From NCBI RefSeq assembly GCF_963921235.1, contig NC_086108.1, positions 69,752,001 through 69,816,000 of the forward strand: 64,000 bases of DNA, given 5' to 3'. The notes beneath the pieces were generated by a model, which saw only the letters and a list, made by a program, of their open reading frames with translations, searched no databases and was not told the DNA's origin. Position 1 is the first letter of the stretch. Each line of letters starts with the position of its first letter. Positions 38,114-51,203 of the stretch are shown piece by piece. The stretch is from Mobula hypostoma (taxonomy: Eukaryota). The translations under genes were made by a program, and so were the position numbers.

Positions 38114-40021
38114 CAGTTGCAAGAAAAAGTTTGTGAACCCTTTGCAATTACCTGATTTTCTGCATTAAATACTCAGATAAGGTGGTCTGATATACATCTA
38201 AGTCACAATAATAGATAAATGCAATCTACCTAAACTTATAACACACAAACCTTAGTACTTCTCGTCAGTACTAAGTACACCATCTAAACAATCAGTCTGG
38301 GTTCGAAAAAGATTAGATGAAATTAGATTAGATTATGAGGACACGCAGTCCTCTTTTGTTGTCATTTAGTAATGCATGCATTAAGAAATGATACAATTTG
38401 TTCCTCCAGAATAATATCACAGAAACACAAGACAAACCAAGACTAAAAAAACTGACAAAAACCACATAATTATAACAAATAGTTACAACAGTGCAAGCAA
38501 TACCATAATTTGATAGAAGAACAGACCATGGGCATGGTAAAAAAAAATCTCAGTTTCTCGCAAGTCCCATCATCTCACGCAGACGGTTGAAGGAAGAAAA
38601 CTCTTCCTGCCATGAGTTTCCAGCGCCGCAAACTTGCCGATGCAGCATCCTGGAAGCACCCTCTGTGTGTGAGAACCCCTGAGGTAATGCCTTCTACAGA
38701 AGCTATTTGGAGTCACATGTTCCAATCAATGAGATGAGATTGGAGGTGTGGCTTGGAGAGGTGTGCTGCACTATGAAAAAGACACATAAAGTCAGGTTAC
38801 TGACAGGGCCTGCCCTTCTCAAGTAAGGTCTGATTATGTGCACCATGCTTCGATCAAAACAACTTTCAGAGGACCTTAGAAGAAGAATTGTAGAGATGCA
38901 TGAAGCTGGAAAAGGCTACAAAAGCATTTTTATGGACCTGAGTTTTCATCAGTAAGAGAAATTGTCTGCAAATGGAGGACATTCAGCACTGTTGCAACTC
39001 TCCTTAAGTGGGCATCCTGCAAAGATCACACCAAGAGCACAACATGCAATGCTGAAGGAGGTGAAAATGAACCGAAGGGTAACAGCAAAAGATATGCAGA
39101 AATCTCTAGAATGTGTTGAAGGCTCTGTTCATGTGTCCACTATAAGAAAAACACTGAACAAGAATGGTGTTAATGGAATGATACCACTGAGGAGATCACT
39201 GCTCTCCAAAAAAAAACTTTGCTGCACATCTCCAGTTTGCAAAAGACTATCAGGGTGTTCCACAATGCTTCTGGGGCAATGTTCTGTGGATAGATGAGAC
39301 AAACGTTGAACTTTTTTGCAGAAATGCACTTCACTATGTTTGGAGCGAAAAGGACACTACCAAAACCTCATATTAACTGTGAAGCATAGTGAAGAGCATC
39401 ATGGTTTTGGGAACAATTGATTTCAAAATTGTTTCAAGACATTTTACAAGAGAATGTCAGGGTAGCAGTCCGTCATCTGAAGCTTAATAGAAGTTGGATG
39501 ATGCAACAAGACACCAATATGAAACACAAGAGTAAATCACAGCACAATGGTTTAAAAAGAAGAAAATTTGTGTTTTGGATTGGCTAAGTCAGAGTCCAGA
39601 CCCTACCTGAATTGAGATGCTGTGGCATGACCTGAAGAGAGCTGTTCATGCAAGATATCCCAGAAATACTGATGAACTGAAACAGTACTATATGGAGGAA
39701 TGTTCTCTAATTCCTCTTTGCTGTTGGGCAAGTCTGATCAGCAGTTACAGGAAACGTTTGGTGGAGGTTATTGCTGCTGAAGAGGGTTCTGCCAGTTATT
39801 AAATACAAAGGTTCACATTCTTTTTCCAGCCTGGACTGTAAATGATTGAACAATGTGTTCAATAAAGACATGAAAAGTACAATTGTTTGTTTGTTATTAG
39901 TTTAGGCCAATTGTGTTTGTCTTGTATTATGACTTAGATGAAGATCAGACCACATTTTATGAGTAATTAATGCAGAAAACCAGATAATTGCAAAGGGTTC
40001 ATAAACTTTTTCATGCAACTC
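38114..40021 (+). mobile_element. Tc1 DNA transposon with long TIRs and a disrupted transposase (38845-39802)
   Basis: TA|cagttgcaagaaaaagtttgtgaaccc ... gggttcataaactttttcatgcaact; MLRSKQLSEDLRRRIVEMHEAGKGYKSI, MQQDT..KH and SQSPD..IEMLWHDLK motifs; a truncated retroelement is inserted at 38311-38660. Confidence 0.9.
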
Positions 40022-41008
40022 TCGCTGTAAGTGTCTGATATGTAAGAATATATATAAGTTTCAACTTGTCTGTTGTAGTTTATCAACTTGTAGCTCTGCC
40101 ATTATTCAAGTTTGTGTTGGTATGAATTGTAAATAGTGGATTTTTATTCACTGAACCTCATTTGGTTTTTGAAAAATAAAAGTTAACCGCGAATAGGAGC
40201 AGACATAGTATTTAGTGCTTCCACTAAGCCACCATGGGTCTCATCATTTGAATAGCCTTGTGTAAAAATCATGTGAATCTTATGACAAGAATTACTTCTC
40301 ACATTCAAATTGTGCATGTGACCAAACTAGTAGATGATTTTGTTGATTTTATATATTCATGTGAATTTGTGTTGTGGCTGATATAAATATTTTACACAAC
40401 TGGAGAATATGTTAGCTTGCTTGTAAAGCATCTACAAACATGCCTGTTTGTGACAAATGTTATATAAATGCACATTGCACTTTTAATGTAAAAGTATGAT
40501 TTTTCATGTGATCAGTGCCAAGTATGCTTCTTATTGAGTTATAGAGGAGCATTCTTGGTATGCATTTTGAGTAAATAAGTAGGACCCCTGTCTTAAGATA
40601 ACTTGTTTTGTAAAAGTTAAACCTGTTTTAAGATCGATGAAATACTATTTTCGGATGTATTTGCCTGAATTATCCTTCCCAGTGCAATGACTAACATCAT
40701 GAATCAGGCTGTTGATGTTGATCTCACCACTCTTGTTTTAATTACATCTACAAGCTGATATCTGCACGTACTAAGATTGGGTATTTCTATTGCCTTTTCA
40801 ATCTGTTGACATCTGAAGCCGAAGTATGAATGGTAATATAACTGTAATTAAAGAGAAATTTAATAGATTTACTTTCCTTATCAGTTAACACATCTGTTGA
40901 TTTATCACATCATTTATATATTCAAACATGTTTTACTTTTATGCTAATGAGAACTGTTATTGGCTTATTTGCATTGGAGCAGATCTCTTGCACAAGTGCC
41001 AGCACTTA

Positions 41009-41578
41009 CACTTAGTGGTCACTTCATTAGGTACAGCTGTACACTTGCTTGTTAATGCAAATATCTAATCAGCAAATCATGTAGCAGCAACCCAGTACGT
41101 GAAAGCATGCAGACATGGTCAAGAGATCCGATTGTTATTTTGAACAAACATCAGAATGGGGAAGAAATGTGATCTAAGTGACTTTGGTCATGGAATGATT
41201 GTTGGTGCCGGATGGGGTGGTTTGAGTATCTCAGAAACTGCTGATATCCTGGGATTTTCATGCATAACAGTATCTAGAGTTTACAGAGGATGGTGTGAAA
41301 AGGGAAAAAAAACATCCAATGAGTAGATGTTTTGTGGACAAAAATAACTTGTTAGTGAGAGGGATCAAAGGAGAAAGGCCAGGCTTGTTCAAGCTGACAG
41401 GAATGTGACAGTAACTTAAATAAACACCTTTTGTAACAGTGATGTGCAGGAGAGCAACACTGAATGCACAACACATCAAGTCTTGAAGTGGATAGACTAC
41501 AGCAGCAGAAGACCATAAAGATATACTCAGTGCCACTTTATTAGGTACAGGTGGTATCTAATAAAGTGGCCATGAGCA
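41009..41578 (+). mobile_element. Non-autonomous Tc1/mariner derivative
   Basis: TIR cacttagtggtcacttcattaggtac / tatctaataaagtggcca; N-terminal MGKKCDLSDFGHGMIVGA..GLSISETADILGFS remnant. Confidence 0.85.
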
Positions 41579-42557
41579 TATATCAGAACTTGTCAGTATT
41601 TCTCACCAGAGATGTGATGTACTCTGCCAGCATGCGCTTCAACCGAAGAGAGCATCTTTCAGCTGATGCCAATGGGACAAGATGAACTTTCACACATTCC
41701 TGGTTTACATTAAAAGTATGTGAGAAATCAGCTGTCATGTAAATGTGTTTTTTTTAGACGTGTGTGCGTGTGCGTTTGAGGCTTTTTGACATTAACTTTA
41801 ACATGCTTTTGCTTCACTAGTTGGTGCAGACCTGATGGGCCAAAGGACCTCTTCCTGTGCAGTACATTTCTGTATGACAGGTCCTAGCTGATTTTTCATA
41901 TGTCAGGCATTCACACACATTCAGTGATATTAACAATTTTGACAACTTGTGAGTCTTGGGGTTGCAGCAGTACCAGTTGTCAAAGCCTTTCTGTGAGTAC
42001 TGTCACTTACTGACAGATCCTACACTCCTCTCTGCCATGATATTACAGAGCATGTGCCCATATTGTCGATTGTCTGAAAAAGAAAATTCTCTTGCGTACT
42101 ATGGCAATTTTGAGAAGAGCTTATCATTAATTAATGAATTAGTAGCAATAATTATGAACTATTTTTAAGGAAGAAGGATGGGTTCTGTTGCTTATTTATG
42201 TGTATTGAGTATTATTAATAAAACTATAATAGATAAATATAACAATAAAACTATAAAAGAGAAAACAGATTGAAATAAATGAAACATTTTAGAAAACCTG
42301 TTCAAAGATTAGCAATATTAATCTTTTAAAGATTTGGCAGATGAATATGTGGCTGAGGAATCGTTTAGGAGGCAGGGTTTTCGATTTCTGAATCATTCAG
42401 ATCTTTTCCAGGGAAGTTATAATCTGTACAAAAAGGGCAGGTTACACCAGAACCCAGGGGAGACTAATATCCTTGTAGGCAAGTTTGCTTGATCTGTCTG
42501 GGATGGTTTTGTCGTCGGGGGGAGGGGTAGGAAATAGAATGATAGGGCTAAGAATGG

Positions 42558-43536
42558 GCCACCTCCAACGGGATCCCACCACTAAGCACATCTTTCCCTC
42601 CCCCCCTCTCTCTGCATTCCGCAGGGATCGCTCCCTACACAACTCCCTTGTCCATTCGTCCCCCCCATCCCTCCCCACTGATCTCCCTCCTGGCACTTAT
42701 CCGTGTAAGCGGAACAAGTGCTACACATGCCCTTACACTTCCTCCCTTACCACCATTCAGGGCCCCAAACAGTCCTTCCAGGTGAGGCATCACTTCACCT
42801 GTGAGTCGACTGGGGTGATATACTGCGTCCGGTGCTCCCGATGTGGCCTTTTATATATTGGTGAGACCCGACGCAGACTGGGAGACCGCTTTGCTGAACA
42901 TCTACGCTCTGTCCGCCAGAGAAAGCAGGATCTCCCAGTGGCCACACATTTTAATTCCACATCCCATTCCCATTCTGACATGTCTATCCACGGCCTCCTC
43001 TACTGTAAAGATGAAGCCACACTCAGGTTGGAGGAACAACACCTTATATTCCGTCTGGGTAGCCTCCAACCTGATGGCATGAACATTGACTTCTCTAACT
43101 TCCGCTAGGCCCCACCTCCCCCTCGTACCCCAGCTGTTACTCATTTTTATGCACACATTCTTTCTCTCACTCTCCTTTTTCTCCCTCTGTCCCTCTGAAT
43201 ATACCTCTTGCCCATCCTCTGGGTCACCCCCCCCCCGGTCTTTCTTCCCGGACCTCCTGTCCCATGATCCTCTCGTATCCCCTTTTGCCTATCACCTGTC
43301 CAGCTCTCGGCTCTATCCCTCCCCCTCCTGTCTTCTCCTATCATTTTGCATCTCCCCCTCCCCCTCCAGCTTTCAAATCCCTTACTCACTCTTCCTTCAG
43401 TTAGTCCTGACGAAGGGTCTCGGCCTGAAACGTCGACTGCGCCTCTTCCTATAGATGCTGCCTGGCCTGCTGCGTTCATCAGCAACTTTGATGTGTGTTG
43501 CTTGAATTTCCAGCATCTGCAGAATTCCTGTTGTTT
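42558..43536 (+). mobile_element. Penelope-like element 3' portion (GIY-YIG and terminal repeat)
   Basis: VIYCVRCSRCGLLYIGETRRRLGDRFAEHLRSV; homologous to 29655-30683. Confidence 0.95.
43403..43438 (+). ncRNA. Minimal type I hammerhead ribozyme motif (Penelope-associated)
   Basis: AGTC-CTGACGA-AGGGTCTCGGCCT-GAAA-CGTC-GACT, intact core. Confidence 0.8.
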
Positions 43537-44297
43537 GGTATAAAAGTAGATGCAGTGTGTAGTTAGTGAGACTGCAAGGAAGGACAGGCAGATTATAGGA
43601 CAAAATTGCAGTCAGTGGAAGTGTAACACGGGGGCAAAATCAAGAAGGGGAATGAATGCAAGAATGAAGATGTTATATTTCGATGCACGCAGAATACAAA
43701 ATATTGTAGCACAATGAGAGATTGGCAAGTACAACTTTATGAGCATCACTGAGCCATGGTTGAAAGAAGATCATAGTTGGGAGCTTAATATCCAAGGATA
43801 CACCTTATATAGAAAGGAATCACAGGTAGGCCAAGGGATGAGTGCTCTGTTGGTTAAAAAATGAAATGAAATCCTTCAAAAGGAGCAACATAGGATTGGA
43901 AGATGTAGAATCCTTGAAGGTAGAGTTTAGAAACGGCAAGGGTAAAAAGACCTTGATGGGAGCCTTCAAATAGTAGCCAGGATATGGGACACAGATTACA
44001 ATGGGGGATAGAAAAGACATGTGAAAAGGGCAATGCCATGCAAGGATTTCAATTTGCAGGTGTGTAGATTGGGAAAATCAGGTTGAGGAATTCCAAAGAG
44101 TGGGAATTTGTAGATTGACTACAAGCTGGCTTTTCAGAGCAGCTAGGGGGAAAGCAGTTCCGGAATGGGTTTTGTGTAATGAACCAAATTTGATTAGGAA
44201 GCTTAAGGTAAAGGAACCCTAAGGAAGTAGTGATTGTAATATGATAGAATTCACCCAGCAGTTTGAGAGGAAGCAGCTAAAGTCAGATGTATCAATA

Positions 44298-45923
44298 CAG
44301 GTTTCCCCTGCCAACCGAAGGTAGAGCGTTCCTAAGAAACAGTTCGTAAGCCGGAATGTCATAAAGTGAAGAAGCAATTACCATTAATTTATATGGGAAA
44401 AATTTGTGAGCGTTCACAGACCCAAAAATAACCTACCAAATCATGCCAAATAACACATAAAACCTAAAATAACAGTAACATACAGTAAAAGCAGGAATGA
44501 TATGATAAATACACAGCCTATATAAAGTAGAAATACTTTTCCACAATCATTGCCGCACTGTTCTCCGTAGCGAAAATCTCACGCCAGCGCTCTCGGCAGA
44601 AACACTCTCTCCAGTAACCTTTAAGCTATGAAGCTGCCAAATCATACCAAATAACACGTAAAAATACACAGCCTATATAAAGTAGAAATAATGTCTGTAC
44701 TGTGTAGTATCACTTACGGAAATCGGGAAGACATCGAGTGCACTGATGGTGTGTTAGGCTGAGTCGTTGGAGGATGGGGTGGTGCAGTGGCCCCCACCCT
44801 CCAGCAGCGAACTGATATAAGCAGAGGTCCAGCGGCAGCCGGGATGCACCCAGCACATCTTTAAGAGAAAAGCCGAAACAAACAAGCTAGTTAGTTAGGT
44901 ACCGCCGGCATGTAAATGTCGGCCCAGATCAGAGGCGACACAATTGGCAATCGCCTCTGATCTGGGCCGACATTTACATGCCAGAGGGCACCTAATTAAT
45001 TGCTTGTTTATTTCGGCTTTTTTTCTTAAAGATGTGCTGGGTTCGTCCCGGCTACCGCTGCATTCTCTGCAGATCAGTATCTGTCCGCAGTCCGGGGGTT
45101 GGGGTGGTGGGACACTGGAGTGTCGTCTGTTTCCATCAAGGCAGGCAGGTAGGTCATCTTCTCCTATGACTGCCTGCCTTGATGTCGAAGGTCGAGGTTC
45201 GTCGTCTGCTGTGGCTGATGTGGAAGGCTTGCTTGACTGCTTAGCCTCGCGCATTTTTCTATCATACAGTTCTTTGTAAGCACTCAAACCATCTTGCAAA
45301 TATGCCCTAAACCGATGTACCCTTTCAAAATTAAACTCATACTTTATCATTGCAGCGAAAATCTCATGCAGTTGCTTCACATTCAGTTCCAGGACGACTT
45401 CACTTTCGGTCTGTTCGCTACTGCATTCAGTTTTTATTGTTATTCTTTCCTCTTCCATTAGCATCAGTTCTTCATCTATCAGTTCTTGGTCATGAGATGC
45501 CAAAACCTCTTCAACATCATCTTTGTCAACTTCCACAAGCCAAACTCACTTTGTCCTTACTTTGTTCACCACGATCGAAACGCTTAATTATGTCTAGTTT
45601 TACACAAAGTTTAACACCTTTACGAGCTCTTTCAGGCTTTTCCGATACCTTAGAACTCATCTTGCTAACAGCTGCTCACGGGCACGTGTTTAAGCAATGC
45701 CAGCTAGAATGCCGTTCTGAATCCGGGGGAGAGCGGCTGCTTGGGGCACGCACTGCCTTTTTTTTTCATGGGCTGCCTTTTATCGCACGCTGCCTTTTTC
45801 TCGCGTGCTGCTTTTTTTCGTAACAGTGAAAACACCTTCTGTAGCGAAAACAGGTAACTAATGTAGGTCTTTCGTAACAGTGAGGTTTCGCAAAGTGAAC
45901 GTTCGAAAAGCTGGGGACACTTG
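44298..45923 (-). mobile_element. Tigger/pogo-like internally deleted transposon, second copy
   Basis: Homologous to 14315-15854; TA TSD; ORF 44895-45536 EVDKDDVEEVLASHDQELIDEEL resembles a Tigger C-terminus. Confidence 0.85.
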
Positions 45924-47579
45924 TAGTACAGTGGAGTAAAGGAAATCACAGAGGTGTAAGAGAGGAGCTGGCCAAAGTTGATTGGTGTGGGCACTGGCAG
46001 GAATGATGGCAAAACAACAATGGCTGGAATATCTGAGGCAATTTGGAAGGTGCAGGGATAGATACATCCCTAAGATGAAGAAGTATTCTAAAGGGAGGAT
46101 GAGGCAACCGTGGCTGACAAGGGAAGTCAAAGAAAGCATAAAAACAAAAGAGAGGACATACTATATAGGAAACATTAGTGGGAATGTAGAGGATTGGGAA
46201 GCTTTTAAAAGCCAACGGAAGGCAACTAAAAAAGCAATAAGGAGAGAAAAGGTGAAATATGAAGGGAAGCTAGCCACCAATATAAAACAGGATACCAAAA
46301 GTTCTTTCAAATATATAAATAGCAAAAGAGAGATGAGAGAGTATATTGGACTGCTGGAAAATGTTGCTGGAGAGGTAGTAATGGTGGGGGGGGTGGGGGA
46401 AGAAATGGTAGAGGAACCTAATAAGTATTTTGCATCCATCTTCGTTATGGAAGACACGGGCAGTATGCCAGAAATTCGAGAGTGTCAAGGGGCAGAAATG
46501 AGTGTTGTTGCTATTACTAAAAGGAGGTGGTGCTTGGGAAGATGAAAGGTCTGAAGGTTGATAAATCATCTGGACCTGATGGACTACACCCTAGGGTTCT
46601 GAAAAAGGTAGCTGAAGAGATTGTGAAAGCATTAATAATAATCTTTCAAGAATCACCAAATTCTGGAATGGTTCTGGATGACTGGAAAATTGCAAATATC
46701 ACTCAGCCCTTTAAGAAGGGAGGGAGGCAGAAGAAAGAAAATTATAGTCCAGTTAGCCTGACTGCAGTGCTTGGGAAGGCCAAAGGTAGAATGATTTCCA
46801 TAAGTGGAAATCTGTTTGAATTCTTTCAGGAAATAACCCGCAGGGATAGACAAAGGAGAGTCAGTGGATGCTGTTCACTTGAATTTTCAGAAGGCCTTTG
46901 ATAACATGCCACACATGAGGCTGTTTAACAAGATAAGAACCCATGGTATTACAAGAACAGTGCTAGCATGGAAAGAAGATTGGCTGGCCGGCAGGAGACA
47001 AAGAGTGGGAGTAAAGGGAGCCTCTTCTGGTTGCCTGCCTGTGGCAAGTGGTGTTCCACAGGGGCTGCTTTTGGGACTGCTTCTTTTCATGTTATATGTG
47101 AATGATTTGGATGACGGAACTGATGGACTGTAGGTGGGGGGGTGGGGCATGTACTGTTGGGGAGGCAGGGAAGCAACAGATGGAGTTAGATTGGGAAAAG
47201 GGGAAAGAAGTGGGATATAGTGTTGGGAAATGTATGGCCATGCACTTTGGCAGATGGAATAAAGGTGTAACTATTTTCTAAATGGGAAAATACAAAAATC
47301 AGGTGCAAAGGGACACGGAAGTCCTCGTGCAGGATTCCTTGAAGGTTAACATGCAGGTTGCATCAGTGGTAAGGAAGGGAAATGCAATGTTAGCATTCAT
47401 TTTGAGAGGACAAGAGTATAAAAGGAAGGATGTTATGCTGAGCCTTTATTAGGCATTGGTCAGACCGCACTTTGTGTATTGTGAGCAGTTTGGGGCCCAT
47501 TATCTAAGAAAAGATGTGCTGACGAGGGCCCAAAGGAGGTACACTAGAATGATTCTGGGAATGAAAGGTTAATGTATAA

Positions 47580-47780
47580 GGGGTGGTGATGTAGTGTCAT
47601 CCATACCAGACTGTGAGGCGAGTGGTCCCGTGTTCGAATCTGGCTGGCTCCTTGCATGCTTTCCATCCATGCTGGGTTGAGTGTCGAGCTTGCAATTTAG
47701 CCTTGTAAAAAGCAGACAATTGCTAAAGTAACAGCAATTGTTGTCCAATGCACCACAAGGCGCAGAGAGGAACAAGCTAC
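47580..47780 (+). mobile_element. tRNA-derived SINE inserted in CR1
   Basis: A-box-like tggtgatgtagtg and B-box gtgttcgaatc; interrupts the CR1 reading frame. Confidence 0.65.
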
Positions 47781-48964
47781 CATGGAGTGTTTTATGACTT
47801 TGGGCCTGTACTTGCTGGAGTTTAGAAGATGATGGAGGATCTCATTGAAATCTGTCAAATATTGAAAGAATCTGGATTGAGTGGATATAGAGAGGATGTT
47901 TCTTATAGGACCAGAGGGCAAAGCCTCAGACTAGAGGGACATCCATTTACAACAGAGCTGAGAAGGAATTTCTTTAATTGGAGTGTAGTGCGTCTGTGGA
48001 ATTCATTGCCACAGACATCTGTGGAGGCCAGTTTATTGGGCATTTTTAAAGCGGAGGTTGATAGGTTCTTGATTAGTCAGGGTGTCAAAGGTTACGGGAC
48101 AGGAGAATATTGTTGAGAGAGATAATAAATCAGCCGTGATGAAATAGCGAAGAAGGTTCGATTGGCCAAATGGCCTAATTCTGCTCTTGTGTCTTATGGT
48201 CTTGTAGTCTTTCATTTCAACCCTTGTGCGAGTTCAGGTAATGTTGGCAAGTTGGCCAATTCTTTGTATATTTCACCACCACTACAAAATTAAGCAATAA
48301 TGATTAGCCTAGCTTATAATATACCCAGTGCTCTTGGAATGGAAAGATATTTACACGGACCAATACCTTTGTTGTTCTGCTATCTTTGTTTTCATCATTA
48401 ATATTCTATCTTTTAAGTATTTGCCATTGAGCAGAAATACTGTATTGTGTTAAATATTCTTTTTCTGGAAGACCAACAAAACTGAAAGGAGCAAACTCTA
48501 GCCTTGTTTCCTTAATGTATTCTCCAACCCTGAGTGGCTTTTCATGTTGAACAAAAATCTTTAAAACCTCAAAACTAGCAGCAGCTAAGTTAGGACTACT
48601 TGAAATAAATACCAAAATACTTGGCTGCATTTCTTTTTTGTTGCGGATATCTCAAGAAATGTTTTCTTTTTGCTCTTGCTTACTCTTATCACAAAGCGGT
48701 TTATGAAGTTTCATAATGCTGCTTTATTGAGGAAGTCATGCAGACCACTGTTCTGGAACACAAAACACATAATGCTTTAATCATCTTTTTTAATCATGCC
48801 AAATTTTCCATTTCACCACTTGAAAATCTTTGCTGCTTCTCCTATCTGAGTGTTTTTGTTTCTTTACTGGTGCATCTCACATTCTAAACAAGCTATAAAG
48901 GGTAAACACAACTTAAAAATAACTTGTGAATTAAAAACTTAAGTAACATAGTTTTGGAAAAAAC

Positions 48965-49570
48965 TTTTCTTGGGCTTCCAGCTGGGTACAAGTATCAATT
49001 TTAACTGTCATTTCAATGACAGACTTTGCCATCTTTATCAGGGATGATGCCTAGGCATGTCTAGTCCGACGGTGTTGATACCCCCGTCGTCGGTCCCTCC
49101 TGATTGGTTAGTCCTCATCCAATCAGGTTTCCACTGTCCCACCTTGTTTGCAATTGAATTCCAGTTCCTTATTAAAATTCTTTTCTTCTAGTTCACCAAG
49201 AAGTCCCAAAAATCAGTGGTAGTAGAACTTTGCATTTCCAATGGCCATAGGATTGACTTTAGCGCAAAACTACTGTGCAGTGCCAGTGGCTTTTGGGACC
49301 ACCTGGTAAAGGAAGCAATTGAAATAAAACCAATGGAAAAGAATTTTAACAAAGATGAAAGTCTCACTCTAAGTGAGAACTGGAATTGGATTGTAAACAA
49401 GGTGGGTCAGCGGAACCTGATTGGATGAGGACTCACCAGTCGGGAGGACAAACGATGGGAGTATAAATATCATGTGCCCAGGCATCATTCCTGATGCAGA
49501 TGGCAGAGTTTGTCAGCGAAATGTCAGTTAAAATCGATACCTGTACCCAGCTAGAAGCCCGAGAATATAC
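48965..49570 (+). mobile_element. Second Penelope-like family: endonuclease tail with inverted terminal repeats
   Basis: HRIDF..LVKEAIEIK..NFNKDE..LS.NW; 48965-49165 is the reverse complement of 49375-49565. Confidence 0.75.
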
Positions 49571-50149
49571 GCTAGGAAAGCATTAAATCCTTTTTTAACA
49601 TAGTTTTCCTGATATAGATATTTATTGCAAAAATAAGTATGCATGGTTTTAAACCAGATCAGATTTACTGTTATTATCACTGAATATATAGTGTTCGCTC
49701 ATGAGCGACAAAAGAAAAATGCCAATTAGCCCAACCATCTATTATTCAAATACTGATGTTCAATGTGTCTGCGAGGATTTCAGAATGTATTGTTCAATGT
49801 CATGTGATCTTGTAGCCATCAAACTGGCGTGAGATGTTTCCTGTGAAAAACATCTCACTGCTCTCGGGTTGTAAAAAGTCAATTACTGCTTCATTTGAAA
49901 GTAAGCATCATGCATTTTTTTTTCATTATGGAAGGGGTTTAAAGAATCAAGGAATGGCGCTGCATGCCATGTGCCAGCTTACACATGCCATCTTGGACAT
50001 GTGTGCCATAGGTTCGCTACTCCCGCTCTAGAGTCTGATTTATTTTGGGGGAAAAAATTAGAGCAAATTTGTGTTAATTGCCTGTTGCGTGATATTTAAA
50101 GTGCAATGTTAAAAAGCAATTATACTTCTCCTTGGTACTGATCTTATGG

Positions 50150-50550
50150 AAGTGAATGCTGGACCATTTCCCCAGCAATGGAAAAGAGACTAGAAGCAGC
50201 TGAATTATGGTTCTACAGGAGAATGTTTAAAAATATCATGGACCACACACATATCAAATGAAGAAGTTCTCAGAAGAGCCCAAGCAATTAGATCACTCAT
50301 ACCAACAATAAGAGAAAGACAACTCAGATTCCTAGGACACATCATGCGGAAAGATGAACTAGAAAAACTCGTACTCTTTGGAAAGATCGAGGGGAGCAAG
50401 CCTAGAGGAAGATCTGGGCTTATGTACATGAAAAGCCTAGCCAGGTGGCTACACATCGAGGAAATGGAAGTCATCCAAAGAACAAGGGATAGATCTGTAT
50501 GGAAAACCATGGTCACCAACATCCGCATCGGATATGGTACCCACACAGAC
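50150..50550 (+). mobile_element. RTE-clade LINE 3' fragment
   Basis: KRLEAAELWFYRRM..ISWTTHISNEEVL..RQLRFLGHIMR..GKIEGSKPRGR. Confidence 0.8.
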
Positions 50551-51203
50551 AGACTGATTTTAACATCTTTAATAAGTGGAAAAGTTGGGATTTTATTTGA
50601 TTTGGTGAAACTCAAAGTTATTTTGTGGTGGAACAGAAAAACTCCCAATAATAGAAGTACATGATGGCCACAGCAATCCTTCAGGTTTGCTCTAACATTC
50701 AAATGGTGCTGTATATCTTTTTCTGTGCACTTTCTGACTTTCCTATCCCTTGCTTAACTTCAAAATCTACCAATCTGAATCTTCTTATACTTGATGACTG
50801 AGCATCTCTGGGATAGAGAATTTCTAAGAGCTGCAATCGCAAGGTATTTACAAGCATTTCAGAAATGAGTACAAGCAACCCACACGTTATTGCAGTGGGT
50901 TGCAATCTTTGAAAAGGGCCAGCATCTCATTTTTCTGTAAAGCAAAGCCATGTCAACGGTGCATGTGTTAAGAAATAATTGAAAAAAAAACTTGACTTTT
51001 TCACAAATTCTGTATTTTGTTCTCTATTTCAAATTTGGGGTGTTGGTCTGTGAATTCTGTAAGGGCAACTTGAATGGCCATAGCCTGGGGGTTGCTTGTA
51101 GGCTGTGCTGAACAACAAAATAGTCTGTATCCCACAGTATTATTTTCATTAATTTAAATATCTTAACTGGTATTTCAAGTAAGCAAAGGTTGTAATTATT
51201 AAA

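Larger units (their letters stand above)
42355..48205 (+). mobile_element. Long degenerate CR1 LINE (ORF1 esterase remnant, endonuclease, RT) with three nested insertions
   Basis: QGFRFLNHSDLFQG..TNILVGKFA (ORF1-like), ITEPWL, GPDGLHPRVLK, FQKAFD and SGVPQG motifs. Confidence 0.85.

Noticed and set aside
40050..41000. Repeat-poor AT-rich block as an extra exon or conserved element
   Set aside because: No recognisable ORP9 coding match or convincing splice-site pair; conservation cannot be judged without alignments
42485..43108. 207-aa GIY-YIG ORF as an independent nuclease gene
   Set aside because: Chance fusion of CR1 sequence to a truncated Penelope endonuclease; non-ATG start
44895..45536. 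213-aa ORF as a TIGD-like host gene
   Set aside because: Internal part of a deleted Tigger lacking the DDE domain; the N-terminal HTH is out of frame; the paralogous copy is disrupted
47580..47660. Possible tRNA gene
   Set aside because: A/B-box-like motifs are present but there is no convincing cloverleaf; it continues into a SINE body inside a CR1
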